This document shows positions 37,219-47,647 of a stretch of DNA of 64,000 bases, in pieces. Position 1 is the stretch's first letter, and every line of letters begins with the position of its first letter. Below the pieces are notes generated by a model. That model was not told the origin of the DNA and made no database searches. It was given only the letters and a program-made list of their open reading frames with translations. Source of the stretch: Tagaea sp. (GTDB taxonomy: Bacteria; Pseudomonadota; Alphaproteobacteria; CACIAM-22H2); the NCBI GenBank assembly GCA_965228135.1, contig OZ245798.1, positions 247,656-311,655 of the forward strand, in the 5' to 3' direction. Both the position numbers and the translations under genes were made by a program.

Positions 37219-37982
37219 GCGCCATCTATCCCGATCTCGAAAACCTACCCGTGCTGATCACGGGGGCTGCGTCGGGGATCGGCGCGTCGCTGACGGCACA
37301 TTTCGCGCGCCAAAAAGCGAAGCTGGGTCTGATCGACATCAACGAATCCGGCCTTGCGCAGATTTCCGCCGATGCGAAACGCGACGGTGCGGCCGATGTT
37401 TCGACGTTGAAGATCGATCTGCGCGACGTCGCGGCCTTGCGCAAGGGCATTGCCAATCTCGCCGCCAAGCTCGGCGCGTTCCGCGTGCTGATCAACAACG
37501 CGGGCGACGATGCGCGCTTGGCGGCCGACAAGGTCGAGCCCGATTATTGGGACGACCGCATGGCGGTCAATCTGCGCCACCAGTTCTTCGCGGCGCAAGC
37601 CGTGGCGCCGGGCATGCGAGAAGCGGGCGGGGGATCGATCGTCAATCTCGGCTCGATCTCCTGGATGTTCGGGGCACCCGGTTTGATCGCCTACACGACC
37701 GCCAAATCGGCGGTGATGGGCATGACCAAATCGCTGGCGCGCGAATTTGGGCCGATGGGTATTCGCGTCAACTCGATCGCCCCCGGCATGATCTGGACCG
37801 AGAAGCAAACCGCGCGGGCGAACGCCGACGACCCGGCCAAGCTCGCGCGTTATCTGGAACGGCAGTGCATCAAGGAACCGCTGGAGCCTGCGGACGTATC
37901 GCGGCTCGCACTTTGGCTTGCGTCGGCGGAAGCTCGCCGCGCGTCGGGCCAGACTTACGTGATCGACGGCGGCGTCGTCTAA
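37215..37982 (+). CDS. SDR oxidoreductase resembling Caulobacter-type D-xylose 1-dehydrogenase (XylB-like aldose dehydrogenase)
   Basis: [41 protein letters not shown]. Confidence 0.8.
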
Positions 37983-38022
37983 CCGCCGAACCAATACCAA
38001 AACCCCACAAGGGAGAGGAAAC

Positions 38023-39303
38023 ATGAAGATCAATCGCAGAAACTTCGTCGCGTTGGGTGCCGCCGGTGCCGCCTCGCTCGCCATGCCGTCGATCGTTCGC
38101 GCGCAAGGTGCGGCACCCAGCTTTATGAGCTTCACCTACGCGGAAGATCCGAACCGTCCGTTCGTCCAGGAGGTGCTCGACGGTTTCAAGGCGTCGAGCG
38201 GCATTTCCGTCGAAGTGATCGGCTCGGCCTGGGGCGATACGCAACGCAACATTCTGCTGCGCCAGCGTTCGCGCACGCTGCCGACCACGGCGCAGATTCA
38301 GGACCGTTGGCTGCCCGCGATGGCGTCGATGCCCGAGATCGTCGATCTCGAAAAAGTCTTCGGGAAGGCCGGGCTCGACGCGATGGTCGATCCGGCGGTG
38401 GCTGGAATGGGCCGCATCGACGGCAAGATGATCGGTCTGCCGATCATTTCGGGCTCCATCGGCATGTTCGCGAACATGGAAGTTCTCGCCAAGGCCGGCG
38501 TTTCGTCGATCCCGACGACGCTCGCGGAATTCCGTACGGCGTTGCTCGCGGTGCGCGACAAGGTTCCCAACTCGGTGCCTTACGGCATGGCGACGAAGAA
38601 TCCCGGCTCGGTGCCGCTCGATGTGCTTCTGCTCGTCTGGGCGCATGGCGGTCGGATGATCGACGAGAGCGGCAAAGTGCTCGTCAAATCCGATTCCGGC
38701 CGTGCGTCGATGGAGTTCATGGCCGGATTGATGCGCGACCGCTTGGTGGCGCCGGAAATCGACCGTCCCGACGCGCGCCGTCTGTTCGGACAAGGGAATT
38801 GCGCGTTCTATATCGACGCGCCGCAGGCGCGCAGCTTCGCCCGCAATTTTTCGGGGCGCGGCGAAGCGTTCGACCCGGTCGTGATGCCGATGAAGATGCC
38901 GGTCGCCAACGCCGGCATCAAGCCGGCCTCGATCGAATGGGGCCATCTCGTGTCGATGTTCGCGACCGGCCCGGTCGCGAAGGATTCGCCCGGCGCGCGC
39001 TGGGTCGAATACCTGATGTCGGACGCGGTGCAGACGTCGTTCCCGTTGAAGCTCTCCGCGCTGCCCGGATCGAAGGCCGGTCGCGCGGCGCCCGCGGTGC
39101 AAAGCGACGCGTATCTGCGCAATCTCGTCGCGTCGGCCGGTACGGGCATGAAACACGAGATCGGCGTCTGGTCGAACTCGCCCGAACTCTCGACGATCCT
39201 GACCGAAGAAACGCAAGCGGCGTTGCTCGGCCAGAAGAACGCTTCGGCGGCCGTCGACGCCATGCAGTCGCGCATGGAACAGTCGATGTCGCGCCGGGGT
39301 TGA
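38023..39303 (+). CDS. Carbohydrate ABC substrate-binding protein, Tat-type signal
   Basis: NRRNFVALG...PSIVRAQ signal, SBP_bac_1-like body. Confidence 0.85.
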   Translation: MKINRRNFVALGAAGAASLAMPSIVRAQGAAPSFMSFTYAEDPNRPFVQEVLDGFKASSGISVEVIGSAWGDTQRNILLRQRSRTLPTTAQIQDRWLPAMASMPEIVDLEKVFGKAGLDAMVDPAVAGMGRIDGKMIGLPIISGSIGMFANMEVLAKAGVSSIPTTLAEFRTALLAVRDKVPNSVPYGMATKNPGSVPLDVLLLVWAHGGRMIDESGKVLVKSDSGRASMEFMAGLMRDRLVAPEIDRPDARRLFGQGNCAFYIDAPQARSFARNFSGRGEAFDPVVMPMKMPVANAGIKPASIEWGHLVSMFATGPVAKDSPGARWVEYLMSDAVQTSFPLKLSALPGSKAGRAAPAVQSDAYLRNLVASAGTGMKHEIGVWSNSPELSTILTEETQAALLGQKNASAAVDAMQSRMEQSMSRRG

Positions 39304-39310
39304 GGTGGGC

Positions 39311-40264
39311 ATGACGCAAGTCACGGGAAACGCGGCGGCGGGCGGCGCGATGCCGGCGCCGCCGCGCATCTCGTCCGCCGCGCGTTGGGGCGGGCTGAAA
39401 GCGGGGGAGCGGCGCGTCGGGCTGCTGTTCCTCGCGCCCGCCCTGATCGCGTTCGCGACCGTGATCGCGTGGCCCTTCTTGCGGGCGCTGGGCTACGCGT
39501 TCACGCGCTACGATCTGCAAACGCCCGTACCGCGTTTCGTCGGCCTCGACAATTTCCGGATGATCGTGTCGACGCCGGAAATTCTCGGCAGCTTCGTCAC
39601 GACGGGGATCTATGTCGGCTTGGCGACGGGCTTCACCGTTTTGCTCGGCTTCGCTTGGGCGATGATCCTGAACCAGCCTTTCCGGGGACGCGGCGCCGTC
39701 CGGGCGATGTCGCTGATTCCCTGGGTGCTGCCGTCGACCGTCACGGCTTTTGTTTGGGGTTGGATCTTCAACAGCCGTTTCGGTGTGCTGAACGCGCTGC
39801 TCTTGGAAATCGGCGCGATCGAGTTTCCGGCGGCTTGGCTGTCCACGTCGCAAGGCGCGATGGCGGCGGTCGTCGTCACCAAAGTGTGGCTGTCGATCCC
39901 GCTCTTCATGACCTTCTTTCTGGCGGGTCTGCAAAGCCTCGACCGCGAACAGATCGAAGCCGCGCGCGTGGATGGCGCGGGCAACTGGCCCGTCTTGCGC
40001 GACCACGTGCTGCCGCATTTGCGGCCCGTGCTGCTGGTCGTGATCGTGCTGGGCGTGATCGGCAATCTGCAGCATTTCGACACGATCTACGCGCTGACCG
40101 GCGGTGGCCCTGTGCGCGCCACGGCGGTTCTGTCGATCGAGGTCTATCGCCGCGCCTTCGACCAGTGGGACACGGGCCTTGCCTCGGCGATCGGTCTGCT
40201 CTGGGTCGCGACGATCCTGCCGGCCGCCGCCTATTATCTGCGTCATCTGTTGCGGGGCGTGTGA
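39311..40264 (+). CDS. Carbohydrate ABC permease (MalF-like)
   Basis: FVGLDNF, LAGLQSLDREQIEAARVDGA, LTGGGP. Confidence 0.9.
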   Translation: MTQVTGNAAAGGAMPAPPRISSAARWGGLKAGERRVGLLFLAPALIAFATVIAWPFLRALGYAFTRYDLQTPVPRFVGLDNFRMIVSTPEILGSFVTTGIYVGLATGFTVLLGFAWAMILNQPFRGRGAVRAMSLIPWVLPSTVTAFVWGWIFNSRFGVLNALLLEIGAIEFPAAWLSTSQGAMAAVVVTKVWLSIPLFMTFFLAGLQSLDREQIEAARVDGAGNWPVLRDHVLPHLRPVLLVVIVLGVIGNLQHFDTIYALTGGGPVRATAVLSIEVYRRAFDQWDTGLASAIGLLWVATILPAAAYYLRHLLRGV

Positions 40265-41100
40265 TGCTCGATCTTTCTTCGCCCAGTGCACGGGTCGTAT
40301 TCACGCTGGTACTCGGCGCGATCGCGCTGTTTCTGTTCTTCCCGATCTATTGGCTGACGATCTCGGCCTTCAAGGGCAACGCCGAGCTTTACCGGATCAT
40401 CCCGACCTTGTGGCCGAATGCGCCGGTACTCGACCATTTCGCGACGGCGTTCGGGCGCGGCCGCTTGCTCGACCAGCTGCGCAATAGCTTGGTCGTGTCG
40501 GGCTCGGCGGCGGCCCTCAACACGATGCTGGCGATGTATGCGGGCTATTCCTTCGCCAAGTTCCGCTATGCCGGCCGGCGCTGGACGATGTTGCTGCTGC
40601 TATCGGCCCAGGTCTTTCCGTTCGGCTTGCTGCTGATCAGCCTTTACCCGTTGGTCACGGAGCTTGGCCTCATCGACACGCATCTGGGCCTCACGCTGTC
40701 CTACATCGTGTTCGCGCTGCCGGTGTCGACCTACATGCTCTACAGCTACTTCACCCAAGTGCCGAGCGAGCTCATCGAAGCCGCGCGCGCCGACGGGGCG
40801 GGGGAGCTGCGCATCTTCCACACGATCGTGCTGCCGGTCTCCGTACCCGCCCTCGTCACCGTGTTCCTCTACGGCTTCATGTGGTCGTGGAACGATCTGC
40901 TCTATTCGCTGACGCTGATCGTGTCGGAGGACAAGCGCACGATCGGGCCGGGCCTGCTGCTGTCCTATCTCAACGAAGTCAACGCGGATTGGGGCGGGGC
41001 GATGGCCGCGTCGCTGGTCGCGTCGTCCCCTATCGTCGTCGCGTTCGCATTTCTGCAACGCTGGTTCATCCAAGGCGTGACCGCCGGAGCCGTGAAATGA
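40264..41100 (+). CDS. Carbohydrate ABC permease (MalG-like)
   Basis: VPSELIEAARADGA, WSWNDLL. Confidence 0.9.
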   Translation: MLDLSSPSARVVFTLVLGAIALFLFFPIYWLTISAFKGNAELYRIIPTLWPNAPVLDHFATAFGRGRLLDQLRNSLVVSGSAAALNTMLAMYAGYSFAKFRYAGRRWTMLLLLSAQVFPFGLLLISLYPLVTELGLIDTHLGLTLSYIVFALPVSTYMLYSYFTQVPSELIEAARADGAGELRIFHTIVLPVSVPALVTVFLYGFMWSWNDLLYSLTLIVSEDKRTIGPGLLLSYLNEVNADWGGAMAASLVASSPIVVAFAFLQRWFIQGVTAGAVK

Positions 41101-42017
41101 GCAAACTGAAAGGCGTCTTCCCCGTTCTTCCCACGCCGTTCGACCGACAAGGCGCTGTCGACGAGGCCTCGCTGCTGCGCTTGCTGGAGTTCGCCGTGGA
41201 ATCCGGCGCCGACGGTTTCGTCTATCCCGGCATGGCGAGCGAGGTCGAAACATTGACCCCGGCCGAACGCAAAGCTGCCGTCACCGCGCTGGGCAAGGCG
41301 CTGCGCGGGCGGATCAAGTTCGTCGTCGGGGCGAGTGCGGCCGATCCCGACGAAGCCGCCGCGCGTGCGCGCGAAGGGGCCGAAGCCGGCGCCTCGGCCG
41401 CGATGATCATGGCGCCCGCCAAAGCGGGCCAAGACGTCGCCGCCCATATCGCGTTCTATAGCCAAGTCGCCAAGAACTGCCCAATCCCGATCATGTTGCA
41501 GAACGCGCCGGCCCCCAACGGGGCGGGGCTCAAGCCCGAGGCGGTGGTGCAAGTGGCGCTGGCCGTGCCGACCGTGCGCTACGTGAAGGAAGAAACGCTG
41601 CCTTGCGGCCAGCATGTGACCAAGATCCTGGCGGCGGCGGGCGGCAAGCTCGACGGCGTATTCGGCGGGGCGGGTGCACGCTACTTGATCGACGAACTTG
41701 TGCGCGGGGCGTCGGGCACGATGCCCGCGACCGAGATGGCCGACGTGCATGTCGATATCGTGCGTGCCTTCGAAGCCGGCGACGCGAAGAAGGCGCGTTA
41801 CCTTTATTCGCGCACGCTGCCGCTGCTGTTGTTCCAGCAAACCTTCCGCGTGCGCATGACCAAGACCGTGCTGCAAGCGCGCGGCTTGGTCGGGTCCAAC
41901 GCGTCGCGCGCCGCCGGGCCCGTGCCCGACGCCGGCGACAATGTGGAACTTGCCGCGTTGATCGCGGAAGCCGCCGATCTTTTCACCCGCCATCCGGTTC
42001 GCGAGGCCGCGCAATGA
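41097..42017 (+). CDS. DHDPS/NAL-family lyase (Tyr-to-Gln type)
   Basis: GVFPVLPTPF, PGMASE, PIMLQNAP, Schiff-base Lys in YVKEE. Confidence 0.85.
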   Translation: MSKLKGVFPVLPTPFDRQGAVDEASLLRLLEFAVESGADGFVYPGMASEVETLTPAERKAAVTALGKALRGRIKFVVGASAADPDEAAARAREGAEAGASAAMIMAPAKAGQDVAAHIAFYSQVAKNCPIPIMLQNAPAPNGAGLKPEAVVQVALAVPTVRYVKEETLPCGQHVTKILAAAGGKLDGVFGGAGARYLIDELVRGASGTMPATEMADVHVDIVRAFEAGDAKKARYLYSRTLPLLLFQQTFRVRMTKTVLQARGLVGSNASRAAGPVPDAGDNVELAALIAEAADLFTRHPVREAAQ

Positions 42018-43183
42018 GCTTCGATGCGATCAAGAAGGTCGAGACCTTCATCATCTCCATTCCGCGCGACGTGCCCTATCTCGGGCCGTTGCGCGAGGGC
42101 GAGAAGATCAACGAGAAGGGCTATCTGATCCGCAAGGGCAATCGCTCGATCTATCCCAGCAGCGACATGTCGATGCTGATCAAGATCACGTCCGAAAGCG
42201 GCAAGATCGGCTGGGGCGAAACTTACGGCATCGTCGCCCCGCATGCGGTGAAGGCGATCATCGACGACGTGCTCGGCCCCGTGATGGTCGGGCGCAATCC
42301 GGCCGAACCCGTGGTGCTGCACGAAGACCTGTACGATCTGATGCGCGTGCGCGGCTTCTTCGGCGGCTATTACGTCGACAGCCTTGCGGGCGTGGATATC
42401 GCCGTGTGGGATCTTTACGGCAAGCAGACCGGCTTGCCGGTTTCCGCGCTGCTTGGCGGACGTCGCCATGCGTCGCTGCCCGCTTACGTCTCGGGCCTGC
42501 CCAAGGCGACGCTGAAGGAACGCTGCGACCTTGCGGTCGAATGGGTGCGCAAGGGCTACAAGGCGATCAAATTCGCCGCCGCCGTGTCCGACGAAGGCAT
42601 CGTCGCCGAGATGGCCGCGTTGCGCGAAGCGGTCGGGCCCGGGATCGATCTGATGGTCGATCTGCATTGGAAATTCACGTCCGCCGAGGCGATCCGCCTC
42701 ATCCGGCGTCTCGAAGCGCATAACCTCTATTTCGCCGAAGCGCCGTGCGAGCCCGAAGACCTCGAAGGCCAGACGATCGTCGCGCGGGGCATCGGCTGCC
42801 CGCTGGCGCTGGGCGAAGAACTGCGCACGGTGTTCGAATATCGCCCGCGTTTCGAAAAACGCACGATGACGATCATCCAGCCCGAAATGGGCCATACCGG
42901 CATCACCGAGTTCCTGCATATCGGGCGCTTGGCGCATGCGTTCCATGTCGACACGATCCCGCATGCGTCGATCGGCATCGGCGTGTTCATGGCCGCGAGC
43001 TTGCAGGCGACATCGGCGCTGAAGCGCGTGCCGTATCACGAATATCAGCACTCGATCTTCGACAAGAACCTGAAATTCGTGACCGGCAGAATGGCCTGCG
43101 AGAAGGGCCATTACATCCTGCCGGAAGGCCCCGGCATCGGCGTCGAGCCGCATGCCTCCGTATTCGATTACGTGATCGGCTAG
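42014..43183 (+). CDS. Mandelate racemase/muconate lactonising enzyme (enolase superfamily) acid-sugar dehydratase-like
   Basis: GWGE, LAGVDIAVWDL, KAIKF, metal ligands DLHW/EAP/GEE, QPEMGH, PHAS, PEGPGIGVE. Confidence 0.88.
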   Translation: MSFDAIKKVETFIISIPRDVPYLGPLREGEKINEKGYLIRKGNRSIYPSSDMSMLIKITSESGKIGWGETYGIVAPHAVKAIIDDVLGPVMVGRNPAEPVVLHEDLYDLMRVRGFFGGYYVDSLAGVDIAVWDLYGKQTGLPVSALLGGRRHASLPAYVSGLPKATLKERCDLAVEWVRKGYKAIKFAAAVSDEGIVAEMAALREAVGPGIDLMVDLHWKFTSAEAIRLIRRLEAHNLYFAEAPCEPEDLEGQTIVARGIGCPLALGEELRTVFEYRPRFEKRTMTIIQPEMGHTGITEFLHIGRLAHAFHVDTIPHASIGIGVFMAASLQATSALKRVPYHEYQHSIFDKNLKFVTGRMACEKGHYILPEGPGIGVEPHASVFDYVIG

Positions 43184-43187
43184 GGCG

Positions 43188-44108
43188 ATGCGCTTTTCCG
43201 GCATCTATCCCGTCCTCTACGCGTTCTTCCGCGAAGACGGCACGCTCGACGATGCGGCGATGGAAGCCCAAGTCGAACATTGCCTCGACGCGGGCGCGCA
43301 CGGGATCACGGTGCTGGGCCTCGTCACCGAAGTGAACAAGATGACGACCGCCGAACGGCTGCATCTCGTGCGCGTCGTCGGCAAGAAGATCGCCAAGCGT
43401 GTCCCCTATGCCGTGACGATCGCCGAGCCCGACGTCGCGGGGCAGGTGCAATTCGCCAAGGATGCGAAGGAAACCGGCGCCGATTGGGTCATCCTGCAAC
43501 CGCCGCCGGGACCCAAGGTGCCGGAACCCGATCTGCAACGCCATTTCGGCGGCATCGCCGACAAGGTCGATCTGCCGGTCGCGATCCAGAATAATCCTGT
43601 CAATCTGCCGTCCTTCCTGTCGCCCGACGCATTGGTCGAGGTGTGCAAGGCGCATCCGAATATCCGTCTGCTGAAAGCCGAAGGCTGGTCGGTCGAGATC
43701 GCGCGCGTGCTGGATGCGTTGGGCGGCTCGGTCGATGCGTTCGGCGGCCATGGCGGGATCGAATTCTTGTCGCTGTTGCGCAGCGGCGGGGCGGGGCTGA
43801 TCCCGGCCCCCGATTGCGTCGCCTTGCAGGTCGCGTTGTTCGAGGATTTCCAAAGCGGCGATTCCGCGCGCATCGAAAACGCCAAGCGCCTCCACGCGAC
43901 CGCCTTGCCGTTGATCGTGTTCATGACGCGCTCGCTGCCCGGCCTTGTCGCTTACGGCAAGCGTTTGATGGCGCAGCGCTTGGGTCTGTCGCGCACCTAT
44001 GAACGTGCGCCCTTCCATACGCCCACGCAGTTCGGGCTCGACGAATCCGATCGCCTGATCGCCGATATCAAAAACATCGAAAAAACACTCAAACGGAGGA
44101 AACCATGA
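43188..44108 (+). CDS. DHDPS/NAL-family lyase (Tyr-to-Gln type), second copy
   Basis: GIYPVLYAFF, LGLVTE, VAIQNNP, Lys in LLKAE. Confidence 0.85.
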   Translation: MRFSGIYPVLYAFFREDGTLDDAAMEAQVEHCLDAGAHGITVLGLVTEVNKMTTAERLHLVRVVGKKIAKRVPYAVTIAEPDVAGQVQFAKDAKETGADWVILQPPPGPKVPEPDLQRHFGGIADKVDLPVAIQNNPVNLPSFLSPDALVEVCKAHPNIRLLKAEGWSVEIARVLDALGGSVDAFGGHGGIEFLSLLRSGGAGLIPAPDCVALQVALFEDFQSGDSARIENAKRLHATALPLIVFMTRSLPGLVAYGKRLMAQRLGLSRTYERAPFHTPTQFGLDESDRLIADIKNIEKTLKRRKP

Positions 44109-45349
44109 AACGTCGTACTTTGCTTGCGGCCGGTACCGCCGCCGCCACGCTCGCGGCCTTGCCGCGCGCCCATGCGCAAGCGCCGATCACGCTCGATTTC
44201 CCGTCCTGGCAGGCCGAAGAACCCGGCGTGTCGGCGTGGTGGAAGGCGCTGATCGCCGAGTTCGAAGGCGCCAATCCGGGCGTGAAGATCAATCTCTATT
44301 CGATCCCCTTCGCGCAATACGTCCAGCAGCAGACGGTGCGCTTCGCGGGCAACAACCCGCCGGACATCGTCCATCTGCCGACGCGCAACTTCGCCGCCTT
44401 CGCGTCGCAAGGCTGGCTGGCGCCGATCGACGATCGTATCGCCAAGACGGACATTCTGCAGAATTGGACGCCGTTGCAGGGCGACATGCGCTGGGACGGC
44501 AAGACCCAGGGCGTGCTGTTGATGGGCTACGGCTCGGTCCTCTATTACAACGAAAAGCTCCTGGCGGAAGCGGGCGTGGACGTGCCCAAGACGCCGGACG
44601 AATGGCTCAACGCGATCGAGAAAACGACCAAACGCGATCAAGGCCAGTTCGGGCTTGTCGCCACGTCGGTCGAGCATCCGAATCTGGTGGTCGAGACGGG
44701 GACGTGGCTGATGGGCCAAGGCCTCGATTGGGTGAAGGGCGGCAAATACGTCTTCACCGATCCGCAGGTCGTCGTCGTGGTCGAGCAATATCGCCGCGCG
44801 ATGCGCAACGCGCCCCCGGGCATGGATTCGGCGAAGGGCCGTCAGCTGTTCATCGACGGCAAGGCCGCGTTCCTGCGCGACGGGCCGTGGATCTGGGCGT
44901 TCGTCGAGCGTGCGCCCGAAGCGGTGCGCGCGTCGCTGAAGGTCGCGCGCGTGCCCTTCCCGAAGGAAACCGGCGGCACGTCCAACTCGATCCACATGCC
45001 GGCCAATCTCGCGGCCAACAAGAAGGATCTCGTCTGGAAGTTCATCGAACTTGCCGCCTCGCCGAAATGGCAGTCGGAATACATCTTGAAGGCGGCGTCG
45101 CCGGCCCCGCGCCGTGGCGCCTTGCCGGCCGATGCGGCGGCGCGCTTGCCGCATCTCAAGATCGTGATGGACGCGGCGGCGACGGCGTCGTCGGTGTTCC
45201 CGACGAACCCGGCCTTGCAGGAAGGCTATAACGAGTACGCGTCGATCTTCGGCCGCGCGATGATGCGGTTGATCTCGACCGACGAAACCACGGCCACGGT
45301 GCTCGCCAATCTCCAGCGCGAGCTGGAACGCGCGTTGCCGCTGGCTTGA
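44105..45349 (+). CDS. Carbohydrate ABC substrate-binding protein, second
   Basis: KRRTLL signal ending AHAQ, LYYNEKLL, PKTPDE. Confidence 0.87.
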   Translation: MKRRTLLAAGTAAATLAALPRAHAQAPITLDFPSWQAEEPGVSAWWKALIAEFEGANPGVKINLYSIPFAQYVQQQTVRFAGNNPPDIVHLPTRNFAAFASQGWLAPIDDRIAKTDILQNWTPLQGDMRWDGKTQGVLLMGYGSVLYYNEKLLAEAGVDVPKTPDEWLNAIEKTTKRDQGQFGLVATSVEHPNLVVETGTWLMGQGLDWVKGGKYVFTDPQVVVVVEQYRRAMRNAPPGMDSAKGRQLFIDGKAAFLRDGPWIWAFVERAPEAVRASLKVARVPFPKETGGTSNSIHMPANLAANKKDLVWKFIELAASPKWQSEYILKAASPAPRRGALPADAAARLPHLKIVMDAAATASSVFPTNPALQEGYNEYASIFGRAMMRLISTDETTATVLANLQRELERALPLA

Positions 45350-45360
45350 GGATCGCAGGC

Positions 45361-46245
45361 ATGGGCGCGCGGCGTCAGACCTATATCGCGTACGGGCTTC
45401 TGGCGCCCGCGTTCCTGCTCGTGGCGGGGTTGATCGTCTACCCGCTTTATATGGTGCTGGAGACGAGCTTGCGGGTGGGGCGTGCACCAAATGTCGCGCG
45501 CCTCGACCGCTTGCCGCTCGGCTTCGGCAATTACTGGCGCGCATTGACCGACGACGTGGTCTGGCATTCGGCCGGCGTCACGGTCGTCTACGCCGTCGGC
45601 ACGATCGCGCCGGCGTTTCTGATCGGCTTGCTGCTGGCGCTGTTGCTCAACCGCGACTTTCCCGGCCGGCGCTGGCTGCGCAGTTTGATGCTGCTGCCTT
45701 GGGCCGTGCCCGGCGTCGTCGCGGCGATCGCGTTCCTGTGGATGTTCGACTCCTCCTACGGCGTGGTGAACGCGCAATTGCGCAAGCTGGGTCTCGCCGC
45801 GACGGATATCGCCTGGTTCGTCCACGGCGATACGGCGTTGTTCGCGGTGATTCTGCCGACGATCTGGAAATGCTTCCCGTTCTTCGCGCTGACGCTGCTG
45901 GCGGCCCTTCAATCAGTGCCGCAAACGCTGTACGAGGCCGCGCGCGTCGATGGCGCGAGTCCGTTCCAGATTTTCCGTAACGTCACTTGGCCCGGCATTC
46001 GCGGGGCGGCCGCACTTGCCATCGTGCTGCAAGGCCTGTGGGTGGTGAAGGATTTCGACCTCGTCTTCGCCACGACCGGCGGCGGGCCGTCGCGCGCGAC
46101 GCAAACGCTGTCGCTGCTGGTCTACGAAGAAGCCTTCCAATTCTTCCGCATGGGGCAAGCGTCCGCGATCGGCGTGTTGATGCTGATCCTGTGCGCGTGC
46201 CTCGCGTATCTCGCGATGCGCTGGGGCCGAAAGGATTTCCACTGA
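45361..46245 (+). CDS. Carbohydrate ABC permease (MalF-like)
   Basis: LAALQSVPQTLYEAARVDGA, TGGGP. Confidence 0.9.
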   Translation: MGARRQTYIAYGLLAPAFLLVAGLIVYPLYMVLETSLRVGRAPNVARLDRLPLGFGNYWRALTDDVVWHSAGVTVVYAVGTIAPAFLIGLLLALLLNRDFPGRRWLRSLMLLPWAVPGVVAAIAFLWMFDSSYGVVNAQLRKLGLAATDIAWFVHGDTALFAVILPTIWKCFPFFALTLLAALQSVPQTLYEAARVDGASPFQIFRNVTWPGIRGAAALAIVLQGLWVVKDFDLVFATTGGGPSRATQTLSLLVYEEAFQFFRMGQASAIGVLMLILCACLAYLAMRWGRKDFH

Positions 46246-47081
46246 TGCCCGTTCCGGTCTGGCGCCCTTATCTGCTGCTGGCGACGGCGCTGATCTGCCT
46301 CGTCGTCGTGCTGTTCCCGTTCTATTGGATCATCATCACGTCGATTCTGCCGACCGAGATCCTGCTATCGCGCAATCCGCCGCTATTGCCGCCTTTGGGC
46401 GAGGTGACGTTCGCGGCGTATTTCGAGGTGTTCGCGCGCAAGCCCTTGCTCACCTGGATCTCGAACTCGATGATGATCACGGCGGGCACGCTGGCGATCA
46501 CGATCTCGACGGGGGCGATGGCGGGCTATTCGCTGTCGCGCTTTCGTACCAAGGCGCAGCAGGCGATGGGCTTCGGTCTGCTCGCCAGCAAGATGCTGCC
46601 GGGTTCGCTGATCATCATCCCGTTCTTCATCCTGTTCTCGAAGGCGGGGCTGATCGAATCGAAGCTCGGCGTCATCCTGGCGAACTCGGCGACCGCCGTG
46701 CCGTTCGCCACGTGGCTGCTGAAAGGCTTTTTCGATGCGATCCCGCGCGAATTGGAACAGGCGGCGATGATCGACGGCTGCAACGAATGGCAAGCCTTCC
46801 GCCATATCGTGCTGCCGCTCGCCGCCCCGGGCCTTGCCGCCGCGTCGGCCTATATCGCGATCGTCACCTGGGCCGATCTCGTCTTCGCGCGCACGCTGAA
46901 TTCGAAGCCCGAGAATTGGGTCGTGACCGTCGGCTTGCAATCCTTCACAGGCGAATATCTGGTCGAGTGGGGCGCGCTCATGGCGGCGTCGGCCGTGTCG
47001 CTGTTGCCGATGTTGGTGCTGTTCCTGCTGCTTGAACCCTTCCTGGTGAAGGGCAGCACGCAAGGCTCGCTCGCCAATTAG
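46245..47081 (+). CDS. Carbohydrate ABC permease (MalG-like)
   Basis: IPRELEQAAMIDGC, TWADLVFA. Confidence 0.9.
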   Translation: MPVPVWRPYLLLATALICLVVVLFPFYWIIITSILPTEILLSRNPPLLPPLGEVTFAAYFEVFARKPLLTWISNSMMITAGTLAITISTGAMAGYSLSRFRTKAQQAMGFGLLASKMLPGSLIIIPFFILFSKAGLIESKLGVILANSATAVPFATWLLKGFFDAIPRELEQAAMIDGCNEWQAFRHIVLPLAAPGLAAASAYIAIVTWADLVFARTLNSKPENWVVTVGLQSFTGEYLVEWGALMAASAVSLLPMLVLFLLLEPFLVKGSTQGSLAN

Positions 47082-47275
47082 TCGCGCGATTTAAAAGAAG
47101 TATTTCCGACGGACGGGCCGCAAATATTGCCGTTAGTCCCGTTGGCGTGCGGCGCCTGTCCGCCCTTAACGAATTGTTTTCCTAGTCGTGACCAATCTCG
47201 TTGCGCTATGTGTCGCCGCCGCTGGCGCGGTCGAAGACCGAGTCACACGGTTGGAGCGGCGCTTATGGGACGACA

Positions 47276-47647
47276 ATGGCCAGGATCTATTTGATCGATG
47301 ACGACGATCTTGTTCGAGAAACGCTTCGTTTGGCGCTCGAATCGGCCGCGCACGATGTTTACGCCGTGTCGAACGGGTCGAATATCGCGGAAGATATGGC
47401 GCGACTGCGGCCTGAATTCGTCGTTACCGATATTTTGATGCCCCAGACCGACGGATTGGAGACGATCCGTCGGATCCGCAAAACGGACGCAAACACGAAA
47501 TTGATCGCGATTTCGGGCGGCGGACGGACCCGAAATCTGGATTTTTTGGCGCACGCGAAGGCGTTCGGCGCGAACGCGACGCTCGCCAAGCCTTTTTTGC
47601 CGCGCGTACTCGTCGAGTTGGTCGCGCGGCTCGAAGCCGATGCGTAA
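47276..47647 (+). CDS. Single-domain response regulator (receiver only)
   Basis: LIDDD, VTDILMPQTDG (phospho-Asp), ISGG, LAKPF. Confidence 0.9.
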   Translation: MARIYLIDDDDLVRETLRLALESAAHDVYAVSNGSNIAEDMARLRPEFVVTDILMPQTDGLETIRRIRKTDANTKLIAISGGGRTRNLDFLAHAKAFGANATLAKPFLPRVLVELVARLEADA

